Assembly: GCF_963921235.1 (NCBI RefSeq)
Contig: NC_086101.1
Location: 5,458,001 to 5,522,000, forward strand
DNA length: 64,000 bases
DNA from: Mobula hypostoma
Lineage: Eukaryota
Direction of reading: 5' to 3'
Part shown: piece after piece, positions 23,431 through 53,059 of the stretch
Layout of the letters: every line of letters starts with the position of its first letter
Numbering within the stretch: the stretch's first letter is position 1
The notes under the pieces: model-generated
What the model was told of the DNA's origin: nothing
Databases searched by the model: none
The model's input: only the letters and a program-made list of their open reading frames with translations
Program-made: the position numbers and the translations under genes

Positions 23431-24404
23431 GTAAGCCTTCCCACTGATTTTCTTCCGAGGATTGACACTGAAGGCATTGATTCAGAACATTCTGGGACTT
23501 CATGTTTCTGCCAAGGTGCTGCCAATTTAGAATCACGCTGCTCTTCACTGAGCAGAGATCGTAGCTGCAGAGGAGAGATGAGGGGTGGGGAGAAGTGACA
23601 GGTTAAACTTAATCCAAGCTCCCAGGACGCTCCCTGTGAAAATGAAAGGGAAAGATAATTGTAGGATGGGGAAAGGAGAACGAGGGCTCCTGGAGTTTTC
23701 TGGTTTCCCCTCACGGACGGCTGCCACGTTTCTCAAACAAACTCCTGGACGGGGAGAAAAACTTAGGGAGAGGGTGAAGCCGGGACCTTGGGACTGAGCA
23801 AAAACACCTGGAGGGAGAAAGAGAGAGAGAGAGATACTGAGTCACCTGAACACTTCCTGGAACAATTCCCGTCAGCCAGCAGGGTGAGGGAGGGAGCAAA
23901 GGACAACACCACCCACAGAATTTACCAAAGCATCCTCAACCACAACACCCAAACCCACCTCAATTACCCCAGAAGGCAGCGTTTCAAGCCGGAAGCTCAC
24001 CGGCATCCACCAGCAATGGGATATGGACGCTGGTCCCATCAGCATCACCCTCTGCGACAGGAATTTGAAGGCATACGACCGCGAGTCCATACAAAGGATT
24101 GTGAGGACTGCTGAAAGGATCATTGGAGCCTCTCCATGATCCACCAAAAATTTCATCAGGAGCACTGTGTACACAGGGCCCTTAGCACTGTCAGTGACCC
24201 CTCCGACCTGTCCAACAACTTCCTTTACTCCGTACCATCAGGCAGGAAGCACCGTAGCATTCGGAAAAGGACTGTTAGGATGGGAAACAACTTCTTCCTC
24301 CAGGCCGTGAGACTACTGAACTCCCTGCCACCACCCAGGTCTCATCATGTATAAAGCAAAACTAGTGTTATACTGTTTAATTTTTAACTTGAGTCCTAAA
24401 TGCA

Positions 24405-24702
24405 CCTTAAGGCATCCGTTAGTCTTGCAAGACCATGGATCTGTGCCTGGAGAGTCTTCACTCCCCAGGCCGCAGGCCTGGTTGTGTGGAAGACCGGCAG
24501 TTGCCCATGCTGCAAGTCTCCTCTCTCCACAACACCGATGTTGTCCAAGGGAAGGGCAAGGGCTGATACAGCTTGGCACCGGTGTCGTCGCAGAGCAATG
24601 TGTGATTAAGTGCCTTGCTCAAGGACACAACACGCTGCCTCGTCTGGGGCTCGAACTCACGACCTTCAGGTCGCTAGTCCAATGCCTTAACCACTTGGCC
24701 AC
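24405..24702 (-). mobile_element. tRNA-derived SINE
   Basis: A box TGGCCAAGTGG and B box GTTCGAGCC on the minus strand, then 'gtgtccttgagcaaggcacttaa'; homologous to 53060-53360. Confidence 0.85.
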
Positions 24703-25454
24703 CTTATTGCACCTTATTGTTTGTTAATTTGATTATGGTAATTTTTTTGTGCTGCGTGTGTGAGTTCTATGTACTGTATTATGCACCTTGGCCCTCAGCA
24801 ATGTTGTTTCGTTTGGCAGGAACCATGTGTACGATGGAATGATAATAGACTGAACTTGAACTTCAACTCCATGGTGGCTCCACTGCAGAGGATTGAATTA
24901 AGCCGCACAGCATCGTAATCTCAGCCAGCTCCATCGTGGCCACGAGCCTCCCCACCATCGAGGATGTCTTCAAAAGGTCATCATCATGGCTTGTCACACC
25001 AGACAGCCAGCCACTCTGGTGTTGTCTGGTTGATGTTCAGCAGCTCAACTAAATCACTGGTCAGCTAAATCAGGTGAGAGTGGGCAGTTGCGCAGGACGT
25101 GTTCAAAGTTCTACACCCTTTCACCACACTCACGGGATTCAAAAAGCTGATACCTCAAGAAAGTAACATCTGTTAATAAGGAACCCCCCTCAACCAGCAG
25201 AAATCCTTTTCTCATTGCAACCACCAGGATGGAGGTCCCAACACTCACCGTTTCAGCAACAGCTTCTGCCCCTCCACCTTCAGACTTCTGAATGGACAAT
25301 GAGCCCAGGAAAAATACATCCTCATTTGTGTCCTTCTGACCAAATTTATATTTTTACATAATTCTCACCGTAACATATAAATATTGTAATGTATTTCACA
25401 CGTACTGCTATTGCAAAACAAGATCATTCCTGACTCTCTGTGTGACCCAATGTT

Positions 25455-28400
25455 CAGTGTGACACCTCTGTCTCTGACACAACACTCAGTGTGTTCCTCT
25501 CTCTGACACAACAGTGAGTGTGACACCTCTGTCTCTGACACAACACTCAGTGTGTTCCTCTCTGTGACACAACAGTGAGTGTGACACCTCTGTCTCTGAC
25601 ACAACAGTCAGTGTGTTCCTCTCTCTGACACAACGGTCAGTGTGACACCTCTGTCTCTGACACAGCGGTGAGTGTGACACCTCTGTCTCTGACACAACGG
25701 TCAGTGTGTTCCTTCTCTGACACAACGGTCAGTGTGACACCTCTGTCTCTGACACAATGGTCAGTGTGTTCCTCTCTCTGACACAACAGTCAGTGTGACA
25801 CCTCTGTCTCTGACACAACGGTCAGTGTGTTCCTCTCTCTGACACAACGGTCAGTGTGACACCTCTGTCTCTTACACAACGGTCAGTGTGAAACCTCTGA
25901 CACAACAGTGTGACACCTCTGTCTCTGACAAAACGGTGAGTGTGACACCTCTGTCTCTGACACAACGGTCAGTGCGTTCCTCTCTCTGACACAACGGTCA
26001 GTGTGACACCTCTGTCTCTGACACAACAGTCAGTGTGACACCTCTGTCTGACACAACAGTCAGTGTGACACCTCTGTCTCTGACACAACGGTCAGTGTGT
26101 TCCTCTCTCTGACACAACAGTCAGTGTGACACCTCTGTCTCTGACACAACGGTCAGTGTGTTCCTCTCTCTGACACAACGGTCAGTGTGACACCTCTGTC
26201 TCTTACACAACGGTCAGTGTGACACCTCTGACACAACAGTCAGTGTGACACCTCTGTCTCTGACACAACGGTGAGTGTGACACCTCTGTCTCTAACACAA
26301 CGGTCAGTGCATTCCTCTCTCTGACACAACGGTCAGTGTGACACCTCTGTCTCTGACACAACGGTGAGTGTGACACCTCTGTCTGACACAACAGTCAGTG
26401 TGACACCTCTGTCTCTGACACAACAGTCATTGTGTTCCTCTCTCTGACACAACGGTGAGTGTGACACCTCTGTCTCTGACACAACGGTGCGTGTGTCACC
26501 TCTGTCTCTGACACAATAGTCAGTGTGTTCCTCTCTCTGACACAACAGTCAGTGTGTTCCTCTCTCTGACACAACGGTGAGTGTGACACCTCTGTCTCTG
26601 ACACAACGGTGAGTGTGTTCCTCTCTCTGACACAACGGTCAGTGTGACACCTCTGTCTCTGACACAGCGGTCAGTGTGACACCTCTGTCTCTGACACAGC
26701 GGTGAGTGTGACACCTCTGTCTCTGACACAACGGTCGGTGCGTTCCTCTCTCTGACACAACGGTCAGTGTGACACCTCTGTCTCTTACACAATGGTCAGT
26801 GTGACACCTCTGTCTCTGACACAACAGTCAGTGTGACACCTCTGTCTCTGACACAACGGTGAGTGTGACACCTCTGTCTCTGACACAACGGTCAGTGCGT
26901 TCCTCTCTCTGACACAACGGTCAGTGTGACTCCTCTGTCTCTGACACAACAGTCAGTGTGACACCTCTGTCTGACACAACTGTCAGTGTGACACCTCTGT
27001 CTCTGACACAACGGTGAGTGTGACACCTCTGTCTGACACAACAGTCAGTGTGACACCTCTGTCTCTGACACAACAGTCATTGTGTTCCTCTCTCTGACAC
27101 AACGGTGAGTGTGACACCTCTGTCTCTGACACAACGGTGCGTGTGTCACCTCTGTCTCTGACACAACGGTGAGTGTGACACCTCTGTCTCTGACACAATA
27201 GTCAGTGTGTTCCTCTCTCTGACACAACAGTCAGTGTGTTCCTCTCTCTGACACAACAGTCAGTGTGACACCTCTGTCTCTGACACAACGGTCAGTGTGT
27301 TCCTCTTTCTGACACAACGGTCAGTGTGACACCTCTGTCTCTGACACAGCGGTGAGTGTGACACCTCTGTCTCTGACACAACGGTCAGTGTGTTCCTCTC
27401 TCTGACACAACGGTCAGTGTGACACCTCTGTCTCTGACACAATGGTCAGTGTGTTCCTCTCTCTGACACAACAGTCAGTGTGACACCTCTGTCTCTGACA
27501 CAACGGTCAGTGTGTTCCTCTCTCTGACACAACGGTCAGTGTGACACCTCTGTCTCTTACACAACGGTCAGTGTGAAACCTCTGACACAACAGTCAGTGT
27601 GACACCTCTGTCTCTGACAAAACGGTGAGTGTGACACCTCTGTCTCTGACACAACGGTCAGTGCGTTTCTCTCTCTGACACAACGGTCAGTGTGACACCT
27701 CTGTCTCTGACACAACAGTCAGTGTGACACCTCTGTCTGACACAACAGTCAGTGTGACACCTCTGTCTCTGACAACGGTCAGTGTGTTCCTCTCTCTGAC
27801 ACAACAGTCAGTGTGACACCTCTGTCTCTGACACAACGGTCAGTGTGACACCTCTGACACAACAGTCAGTGTGACACCTCTGTCTCTGACACAACGGTGA
27901 GTGTGACACCTCTGTCTGACACAACAGTCAGTGTGACACCTCTGTCTCTGACACAACAGTCATTGTGTTCCTCTCTCTGACACAACGGTGAGTGTGACAC
28001 CTCTGTCTCTGACACAATAGTCAGTGTGTTCCTCTCTCTGACACAACAGTCAGTGTGTTCCTCTCTCTGACACAACGGTGAGTGTGACACCTCTGTCTCT
28101 GACACAACGGTGAGTGTGTTCCTCTCTCTGACACAACGGTCAGTGTGACACCTCTGTCTCTGACACAGCGGTCAGTGTGACACCTCTGTCTCTGACACAG
28201 CGGTGAGTGTGACACCTCTGTCTCTGACACAACGGTCGGTGCGTTCCTCTCTCTGACACAACGGTCAGTGTGACACCTCTGTCTCTTACACAACGGTCAG
28301 TGTGACACCTCTGTCTCTGACACAACAGTCAGTGTGACACCTCTGTCTCTGACACAACGGTGAGTGTGACACCTCTGTCTCTGACACAACGGTCAGTGCG

Positions 28401-29761
28401 TTCCTCTCTCTGACACAACGGTCAGTGTGACTCCTCTGTCTCTGACACAACAGTCAGCGTGACTCCTCTGTCTGACACAACTGTCAGTGTGACACCTCTG
28501 TCTCTGACACAACGGTGAGTGTGACACCTCTGTCTGACACAACAGTCAGTGTGACACCTCTGTCTCTGACACAACAGTCATTGTGTTCCTCTCTCTGACA
28601 CAACGGTGAGTGTGACACCTCTGTCTCTGACACAACGGTGCGTGTGTCACCTCTGTCTCTGACACAATAGTCAGTGTGTTCCTCTCTCTGACACAACAGT
28701 CAGTGTGTTCCTCTCTCTGACACAACGGTGAGTGTGACACCTCTGTCTCTGACACAACGGTGAGTGTGTTCCTCTCTCTGACACAACGGTCAGTGTGACA
28801 CCTCTGTCTCTGACACAGCGGTCAGTGTGACACCTCTGTCTCTGACACAACGGTCAGTGCGTTCCTCTCTCTGACACAACGGTCAGTGTGACACCTCTGT
28901 CTCTGACACAACAGTCAGTGTGACACCTCTGTCTGACACAACAGTCAGTGTGACACCTCTGTCTCTGACACAACGGTGAGTGTGACACCTCTGTCTGACA
29001 CAACAGTCAGTGTGACACCTCTGTCTCTGACACAACAGTCATTGTGTTCCTCTCTCTGACACAACGGTGAGTGTGACACCTCTGTCTCTGACACAACGGT
29101 GAGTGTGTTCCTCTCTCTGACACAACGGTCAGTGTGACACCTCTGTCTCTGACACAGCGGTCAGTGTGACACCTCTGTCTCTGACACAACGGTCAGTGTG
29201 TTCCTCTCTCTGACACAACGGTCAGTGTGACACCTCTGTCTCTGACACAATGGTCAGTGTGTTCCTCTCTCTGACACAACAGTCAGTGTGACACCTCTGT
29301 CTCTGACACAACGGTCAGTGTGTTCCTCTCTCTGACACAACGGTCAGTGTGATACCTCTGTCTCTGACACAACGGTCAGTGTGTTCCTCTCTCTGACACA
29401 ACGGTCAGTGTGACACCTCTGTCTCTTACACAACGGTCAGTGTGACACCTCTGACACAACAGTCAGTGTGACACCTCTCTCTGACACAACGGTCAGTGTG
29501 TTCCTCTCTCTGACACAACGGTGAGTGTGACACCTCTGTCTCTGACACAACGGTCAGTGTGACACCTCTCTCTGACACAACGGTCAGTGTGACACCTCTG
29601 TCTCTGACACAACAGTCAGTGTGTTCCTCTGTCTGACACAACGGTCAGTGTGACACCTCTCTCTGACACAACAGTCAGTGTGACACCTCTGTCTCTGACA
29701 CAACAGTCAGTGTGACACCTCTGTCTCTGACACAACGGTCAGTGTGACACCTCTGTCTCTG
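25455..29761. repeat. 4.3-kb compound minisatellite (~140 units of 26-32 bp) with higher-order duplication
   Basis: Main units cagtgtgacacctctgtctctgacacaacggt (32 bp) and cagtgtgttcctctctctgacacaacggt (29 bp), plus 30- and 26-bp deletion variants. Identical ORF-track peptides recur at offsets 1501 and 2151. Confidence 0.97.
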
Positions 29762-30009
29762 AATGTCTGAACTGAGGCACACTCAAGGCCTCCTTACAAC
29801 TCACATAGAACCGACAGTGTGGTGTCACTTACTGGCTGCCCCCAGCACATCCCCAATTGTTCTCCTGTCAGTGTACACACATTGTGTAAATGAGTCCCAA
29901 TCTCCATTTACTTGATTATCACTACCAGCCAATTCTAGCACTCCCCACTGGAATGAAGGGTGCAAGTTTAATGCTAATTTGGTCAGACTGAAGGAAATAG
30001 CACGAAGAA

Positions 30010-30135
30010 GATAAAATCTGCAGATGCTGGAAATCCGAGCAACAGACACAAAATGCTGGAGCAACTCAGCAGGCCGGGCAGCATCTAGGAAATGAGTACA
30101 GTCAACGTTCTGGGCCAAGACCCTTCAACAAGAAA
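30010..30135 (-). mobile_element. Penelope-like pseudo-LTR fragment with a degenerate hammerhead
   Basis: ctgcagatgctggaaatc...aaatgctggag...acagtcaacgttctgggccaagacccttc. Confidence 0.7.
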
Positions 30136-30294
30136 TAGCACGAGTCATTTTCCTCTCTGTCCTGTTGCAGGGTCACAGATGCTGCCTGACTCACTGAGTC
30201 TTTCCATCACTGCATTCTTCATTCCCCATTCCAACATCTGCTGTCGTTTTATCTTCTCATCAGAGTTCAAGGTCAGTTTAAAATAACGTAATAT

Positions 30295-30655
30295 AAATGC
30301 CTGGGTGGTAGGGTGGAGCTGCATCTCTCCCAAAGGAGGTGTAAGGCTCTCCTTCCCCCCGCTGGCCTGCAGGTCACCCTCGGGCGAGGTGTAGCACCTG
30401 CCCAGACCCCCAGTCAGGGCCATGTGAAGCCATGGGAGCAGGTGGTGGACGGTCGTACGAGCAGCCGGTGCACATCACAAGTCTTGTTTATGCGATCACT
30501 GACGCCAGGCAGACAATCTCTGAAGAGTATTAATGCCGGCTGGGGCCACCCGTTGTGTAAAGACGCTGCCCAGAAGAAGGCAAAGGCGAACCGCATCTGT
30601 AGAAAAGCTTGCCAAGAACAACCCTGGTTTGGAAAGACCATGATCACCATTCCCA
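30295..30655 (+). mobile_element. RTE-related short non-autonomous element
   Basis: 3' end 'gaagaaggcaaaggcgaaccgcatctgtag...cttgccaagaac' resembles RTE/Bov-A-type 3' tails. Confidence 0.45.
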
Positions 30656-31229
30656 ACATTCTTCGCTCCTGCCAGATTTACACACGGACTCGCTGCTCCA
30701 CGCTGACAAATACAGTACTGTGTAATTCTGGCACCCTAGGAACAGGTTTTCACTTCTTACAGACAACTCCGAAGTCCAAGGCGCCAAGCTTTAATCGTGT
30801 CACACTAACCCAAGGGTAGTGTAAGGTGACACATATATATACTTTGGCAATAAATTTACTTTCACCTTCCTTCACCTTTGCTCCCCGGCCTGTAGCTCTG
30901 AGAGCAAAGGTTCAGCAGGACCACAGCAACGTAAAGGTCACCTCAGGATGGGGAATGAGTCCTGAACTTGCCAGACCCACATATTCCTGAGCAGGAATCA
31001 GAAACCTAAAGGAATGAGCCTAATGCCGTGTCCTCTACATGGCCCCTGAAGTACGAGAGAATATCGGAGACTTCACTCACAGCAGTGAGAGTGCCTCTGT
31101 TAATACTGCCGTCTCGGGGGATCTGTCAGCTCAAAGAACTCCATTAAGAGTACAAGAGACAGACGGCAGCAGGAACTACGAAGCCCTTCAAGCAAATCCT
31201 TCGCTCCCTGTACACCTCCCGCTCTGTGA

Positions 31230-48378
<17,149 letters not shown>

Positions 48379-48879
48379 GTGAAGCTGTCTCATGTATTTA
48401 TATTTATTGTGTTTTTTGATTATTGTTGTGCTCTTTATCTTCCTGCTTTTTGTGCTGAGGTCCGAGCTCTCGCATCCCTTCTGTGAACCTTTATCTGGAA
48501 AGCGCTACAGGGCCACTAAAACAAAAGCTTCACATCAGCCTGAAAGTGTCTTCACTCAGACAGTTAATCTCATCAACCATTCTAGTCGGCACCCACCCCC
48601 ACCCCCTCGATCTTTTACCCAGTCACTGCACTGCACTAGAAACACTTTAACTGCTTTTTATGATGCTGCTTACACTGTAAATAAATGGTATTTGTGTATT
48701 TATACACATCCCTATCTATGCTCATTTTATATAATTCTGTATTTTTATAATTACTGAAAGATGTTGTTTTTCATTGTATGTTGCACCCTGACCGACACAC
48801 CACAGCCAATTCCGAACACGTGTAGATGGATATGGCGAATAAAGTTGATCCTGGATATTTTGCCACCACATTCTTTTCT

Positions 48880-49212
48880 ATTTCCCTCCTCAGTCCATTT
48901 CTCCCATGGTCCACTCTCCTCTCCAATTAGATTCCTTCTTCCCTAACCCTTCACTTTTTCCACCAATCACCTCCCAGCTTCTTACTTCATTCCTCACTTC
49001 CCCACCCACCAGGCTTCACCTGTCTTGTCCTCTATTTTCTCCCACCCACCCCCCCCCACTAATATTTTTATTCTGGCATCTTCCTTTCCAGTATTGATGA
49101 AGGATCCCAGGGCGAGATGTCGACTGTTCATTCTTTTCCACAGATGCTGCCTGACCTGCTGAGTTCCTCCATCACTTTGTGTATGTTGCTCTGGATTTGC
49201 AGCATCTGCGGA
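48880..49212 (+). mobile_element. Penelope-like pseudo-LTR fragment
   Basis: Same repeat family; degenerate hammerhead at ~49089-49126 (cagtattgatgaagg...gtcgactg). Confidence 0.75.
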
Positions 49213-49542
49213 CAATCGTGCATTTTTCTTTACCCCTCCTTGCTTATCGAACTTCCCCTGAAATGCATGCCTGCAGTGTTTGTGGTCATTCCCTGGGGCT
49301 GTCAGTCCGACACATGCCGTCTCAAAATAAATAAAGATAGATTATCTTCCACAGCTGTAACTCTTATGCAAGCTCGAACATCTGGCGTGCAGCTCAGACA
49401 CATCATACTCTCTCTAAAGTGCACAGAAGCACAGAGGAGCCAAATTGATGTCATCTAACCCATGCGTTCTCTGAAGAGGGGAACGTGTGCACTGGAACAT
49501 AGGGCAATTCCAGTAAGATGCCACATTCAGGACCACAACAAA

Positions 49543-49929
49543 TGGAATGGGGGAGACAGAGCAGAATGGAGTGGGGTACACCGAGAGACAGGAGATGGAA
49601 TGGTGGAGACAGACAGAATGGAGTGGGTCAGGAAATGTAATGGAGGAGATTGAGGGACAGAATGGAGTGGGGTACACTGACAGACAGGAAATGGAATGGG
49701 GGAGACAGACAGAATGGAGTGGGTCAGGAAATGTAATGGAGGAGATTGAGGGACAGAATGGAGTGGGGTACACTGACAGATAGGAAATGGAATGGGGGAG
49801 ACAGACAGAATGGAGTGGGTCAGGAAATGTAATGGAGGAGATTGAGGGACAGAATGGAGTGGGGTACACTGACAGATAGGAAATGGAATGGGGGAGACAG
49901 ACAGAATGGAGTGGGTCAGGAAATGGAAT
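49543..49929. repeat. 96-bp minisatellite, ~4 copies, built on GAATG-like motifs
   Basis: 32-aa periodicity in ORF 49414..49869; unit gaatggagtggggtacactgacag...gagattgagggaca. Confidence 0.92.
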
Positions 49930-50674
49930 GATTCATTCAGCTATCTGCTTCAGAGCTCAGTACATGAGGTTCTTTATCACTGACATATCTCATGAAAGCC
50001 GTGGCTTTATGGCAGCTGTACAATGTAATACATAAAAGTATTATTTATACTGTGCCCATAAAAAGTATTCACTCTCCCTTGGAAGTTTTCATGTTTTATT
50101 GTTTTACAACGTTGAATCACGGTGGATTTAATTTGGCTTTTTTGACAGTGATCAATGGAAAAAGACACTTTTGTGTCACAGTGAAAAGAGATCTCTACAA
50201 AGTGATCCAAATTAATTACAAAATAATTGATTGCATAAGCCTTTCATATTGCACGCCAAATCATCACTGGTGCACAAGTCACATAAATAGTTAAATGCAG
50301 ATCACCTGTGTGCAGTCAAGGTGTTTCAATTGATTGTAGTAAAAATACCCCTGTATCGGAAGGGCCAACTGCTGGTGAGTCAGTATCCTGGCAAAAACTA
50401 CACCATGAAGACAAAAGAACACTCCAAGCAACTCCGCAGAAAGGTTATTGAAAAGCACGTCAAAAGATGAATACAGTGCTAGAAAATTTCCAGATCACTG
50501 ATTGATATAACTGGAGTCCGGTTAAGTCAATGATCAAGGAATGGAAAGAATATGGCACAGCAGTAAATCTGCCTCGAGCAGCCCCTTCTCAAAAACTGAG
50601 CGGCCATGCAAGGAGTGGACTGGTGAGGGAAGCCACCAAAAAGACCTGTGACAACTCTGGAGGTGTTACAAGTT

Positions 50675-51306
50675 TCACACCCAAAATGCTGGAGGAACTC
50701 AACAGACCAGGCAGCATCTCTGGGAAAGGGTACAGTCGATGTTTCAGGCCAAAACCCTTTCGTCAGGACTGTAGAAAAAAAAAAGCGGGGTCAGATGGAA
50801 GGGGAGGAGGAAACACAAGGTGAAAGGTGGAGCTGCAAGTGGGGAGGGGTGAAGTAAGGAGCTGAGAAGTTGATTGGTGAATGAGCTGAGGAAGGGGGGA
50901 TCTAATAGAGGACAGAAGGCCATGGATGAAAGAAAAAGGGGGAGGAGCACCGGAGGGAGGTGATGGGCAGGCAAGGACATAAGGTGAGAGAGGAAAAAGG
51001 GGATGGGGAATAGAAAAGGTGGGGGGGGGCGGTGGAGGCATTGCCGAAAGTTCAAGAACTCAACTTCCCAGCTCTTTACTTCACCCCTCCCCGCCTCCCA
51101 GTTTCACCTATCACCTTGTGGTTCTTCCTCCCCTCCCTTCTAACTCTGACCCCTCATCTTTTTCTCTCCAGTCCTGCTGAAGGGTCTTGGCCCGAAACGT
51201 CAACAGTCTGTACTCTTTTCCATGGATGCTGCCTGACCTGCTGAGTTCCTCCAGCATTTTGTGTGTGTTGCTTGGATTTCCAGCATTTTCAGATTTTCTC
51301 TTGTTT
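50675..51306. mobile_element. Inverted pair of Penelope-like pseudo-LTRs inside the Tc1 transposase
   Basis: The arms ~50675-50900 and ~51060-51270 are reverse complements; each has a hammerhead-like core. Confidence 0.85.
50731..50773 (-). ncRNA. Minimal type-I hammerhead ribozyme-like motif, sense to the host pre-mRNA
   Basis: Minus strand reads TACAGTC-CTGACGA-AAGGG-TTTTGG-CCT-GAAAC-ATC-GACTGTA: 7-bp stem I, intact core boxes, NUH triplet AUC. The stem III C-G pair is lost. Confidence 0.6.
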
Positions 51307-51774
51307 GGGATTGAGTTATCAGTGGCTGAGATGGCAGAAACTGCACATACAAGAACTGTTGCCCGGGTGCTTCACCAGTTACAGCTTTATGGGAGAGTAG
51401 CAAAGAGAAAGCCACTGTTGAAAAAAGCTCACATGAGATCCTGGCTAGAGTTTGCCAAAAGGCCTGTGAGAGACTCTGAGGTCAGCTGGAAGAAGGTTCT
51501 ATGGTCTGATGAAACAAAAATTGAGCTTTTTGGCCATCAGACTAAACACAGCACATCATCAAAAACACACCATCCCTACCGTGAAGCATGGTGGTGGCTG
51601 CATCATGCTGTGGGGATGCTTCACTGCAACAGGCCCTGGAAGGCTTGTGAAGGTAGAGGGTAAACTGAATACAGCAAAATACAGAGAAATCCTGGAGGAA
51701 AACCTGAAGCAATCTGCAAGAGAACCGCGACTAGGAAGAGGTTTTGTTTTCCAGCAAGACAATGACCTCAAGTA

Positions 51775-52453
51775 CAGACATCCCACCTCTCCCGGAAGTT
51801 CCAGGAGTCTCCCGCATATTGAATGCAGCTCCCTGACACCCGCAAATTATACACAATATCCCGGAAATTGATTTTTTTTGAGAGGGAGAGGGAGGGCGAG
51901 AGCTAGCATCCTGATTGGTCTCTCTTCGTGCTAAGTAGACTTATCAGTTTTCTCTGTGGGCGGGCTTTACAGTCGACCTCAAAAATAATGACAGTGTTGC
52001 TCGCTGCACTGTTTGCAACAGTGACTTTTCTATTGCCCATGGTGGGTTAAAATGTAAAAGACATGTTGAGGTGAGTTTAACAGGTGTCATTCGTTCATTA
52101 GCATAGCTAACATTATTTAAACTAGCTGGCTAGCTGCTAAGGGGCTACTCTATTGATGTCCTACGTGATGAGGCCAAACTCCCTGTAGAATTGCTTAAAG
52201 GTGTAATAGAATAAACATGATAATATAATATAAGTACATATTTTAATGTCACATTTTCTGCATATACCCAACTTGGTTTACAGATTAGACAAAATCACTA
52301 AACTAAGTATTACATACACCCTTGGAGGTCGACCAGGGGTAGGGCGGGTGGAATATGGGGTTGCAGGGGGTGGGGTCAGGGGTCGGGGGTGCTACCTCCC
52401 TGAAATGGTGGTACTACCTCCCTGAAATGAGATTTTGCAGAGTGGGATGTCTG
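51775..52453 (+). mobile_element. Second copy of the hAT-like MITE, inside Tc1
   Basis: Ends CAGACATCCCAC...GTGGGATGTCTG; encodes NDSVARCTVCNSDFSIAHGGLKCKRHVE at ~51974-52070, followed by gtgagt. Confidence 0.8.
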
Positions 52454-53059
52454 CAATCTGACAGAGCTTGTGCAGTTTTGAAAACAAGAATAGGGAAAAA
52501 TTTTCAGTGTCCAGATGTGCAAAGCTGAGCGAGACCTATCCACACAGACTCAAGGCTGTAACTGCTGCCAAAGGTGCATCTGTTAAATACTGACTTGAAG
52601 GCGGCGAATACTTCTGCAATCAATTATTTTGTGTTTTATGTTTGCAATTAGCTTGGCTCACTTTGTCGAGATCTGTTTTCACTTTGACATGAACGTGCCT
52701 TTCTGTTGATCAGTGTCAAAAAAAGCCAAATTAAATCTCCTTTGATTCAATGTTGTAAAATAATAAAACATAAAAACTGCCAAGGGTGGTGAATTCTTTA
52801 TATAGGCACTGTAAGTTACAATAAGAGTATATAAAAATGTAAGTAACCAGTCCCAAAAAAGAGAAAAATAGTACAGTAGTGTTCATGACTTCATGGCTGT
52901 TCCGAAATCTGAACTTGCAAGATGAAATTTGTAATTAACCCCCTGCTCTCTCAGTCTTCAATTACTACTTCCTTCATGTCACTACCCATAAACCATTGGT
53001 CTGATTTTATTCCTTCTTGGTACTCTACCCGAAGATACACCTGTAGTCAGCGCAGTGTT

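Larger units (their letters stand above)
50050..52811 (+). mobile_element. Decayed Tc1/mariner transposon with two nested insertions
   Basis: ~200-bp terminal inverted repeats flanked by TA (50048-49 and 52812-13). Transposase remnants MKTKEHSKQLR (from 50405), WKKVLWSDETKIELFG, TVKHGGGCIMLWGCF, FVFQQDND. Confidence 0.95.

Noticed and set aside
23130..23714. 194-aa minus-strand ORF as a further tenascin exon
   Set aside because: It runs into an antisense CR1 fragment, has no convincing in-phase donor and shows no domain features.
25455..29761. CRISPR-like appearance of ~30-bp repeats, and a resemblance to the RAG heptamer
   Set aside because: Units are contiguous with no unique spacers, the context is eukaryotic with no cas genes, and there is no CACAGTG plus nonamer at 12/23 spacing.
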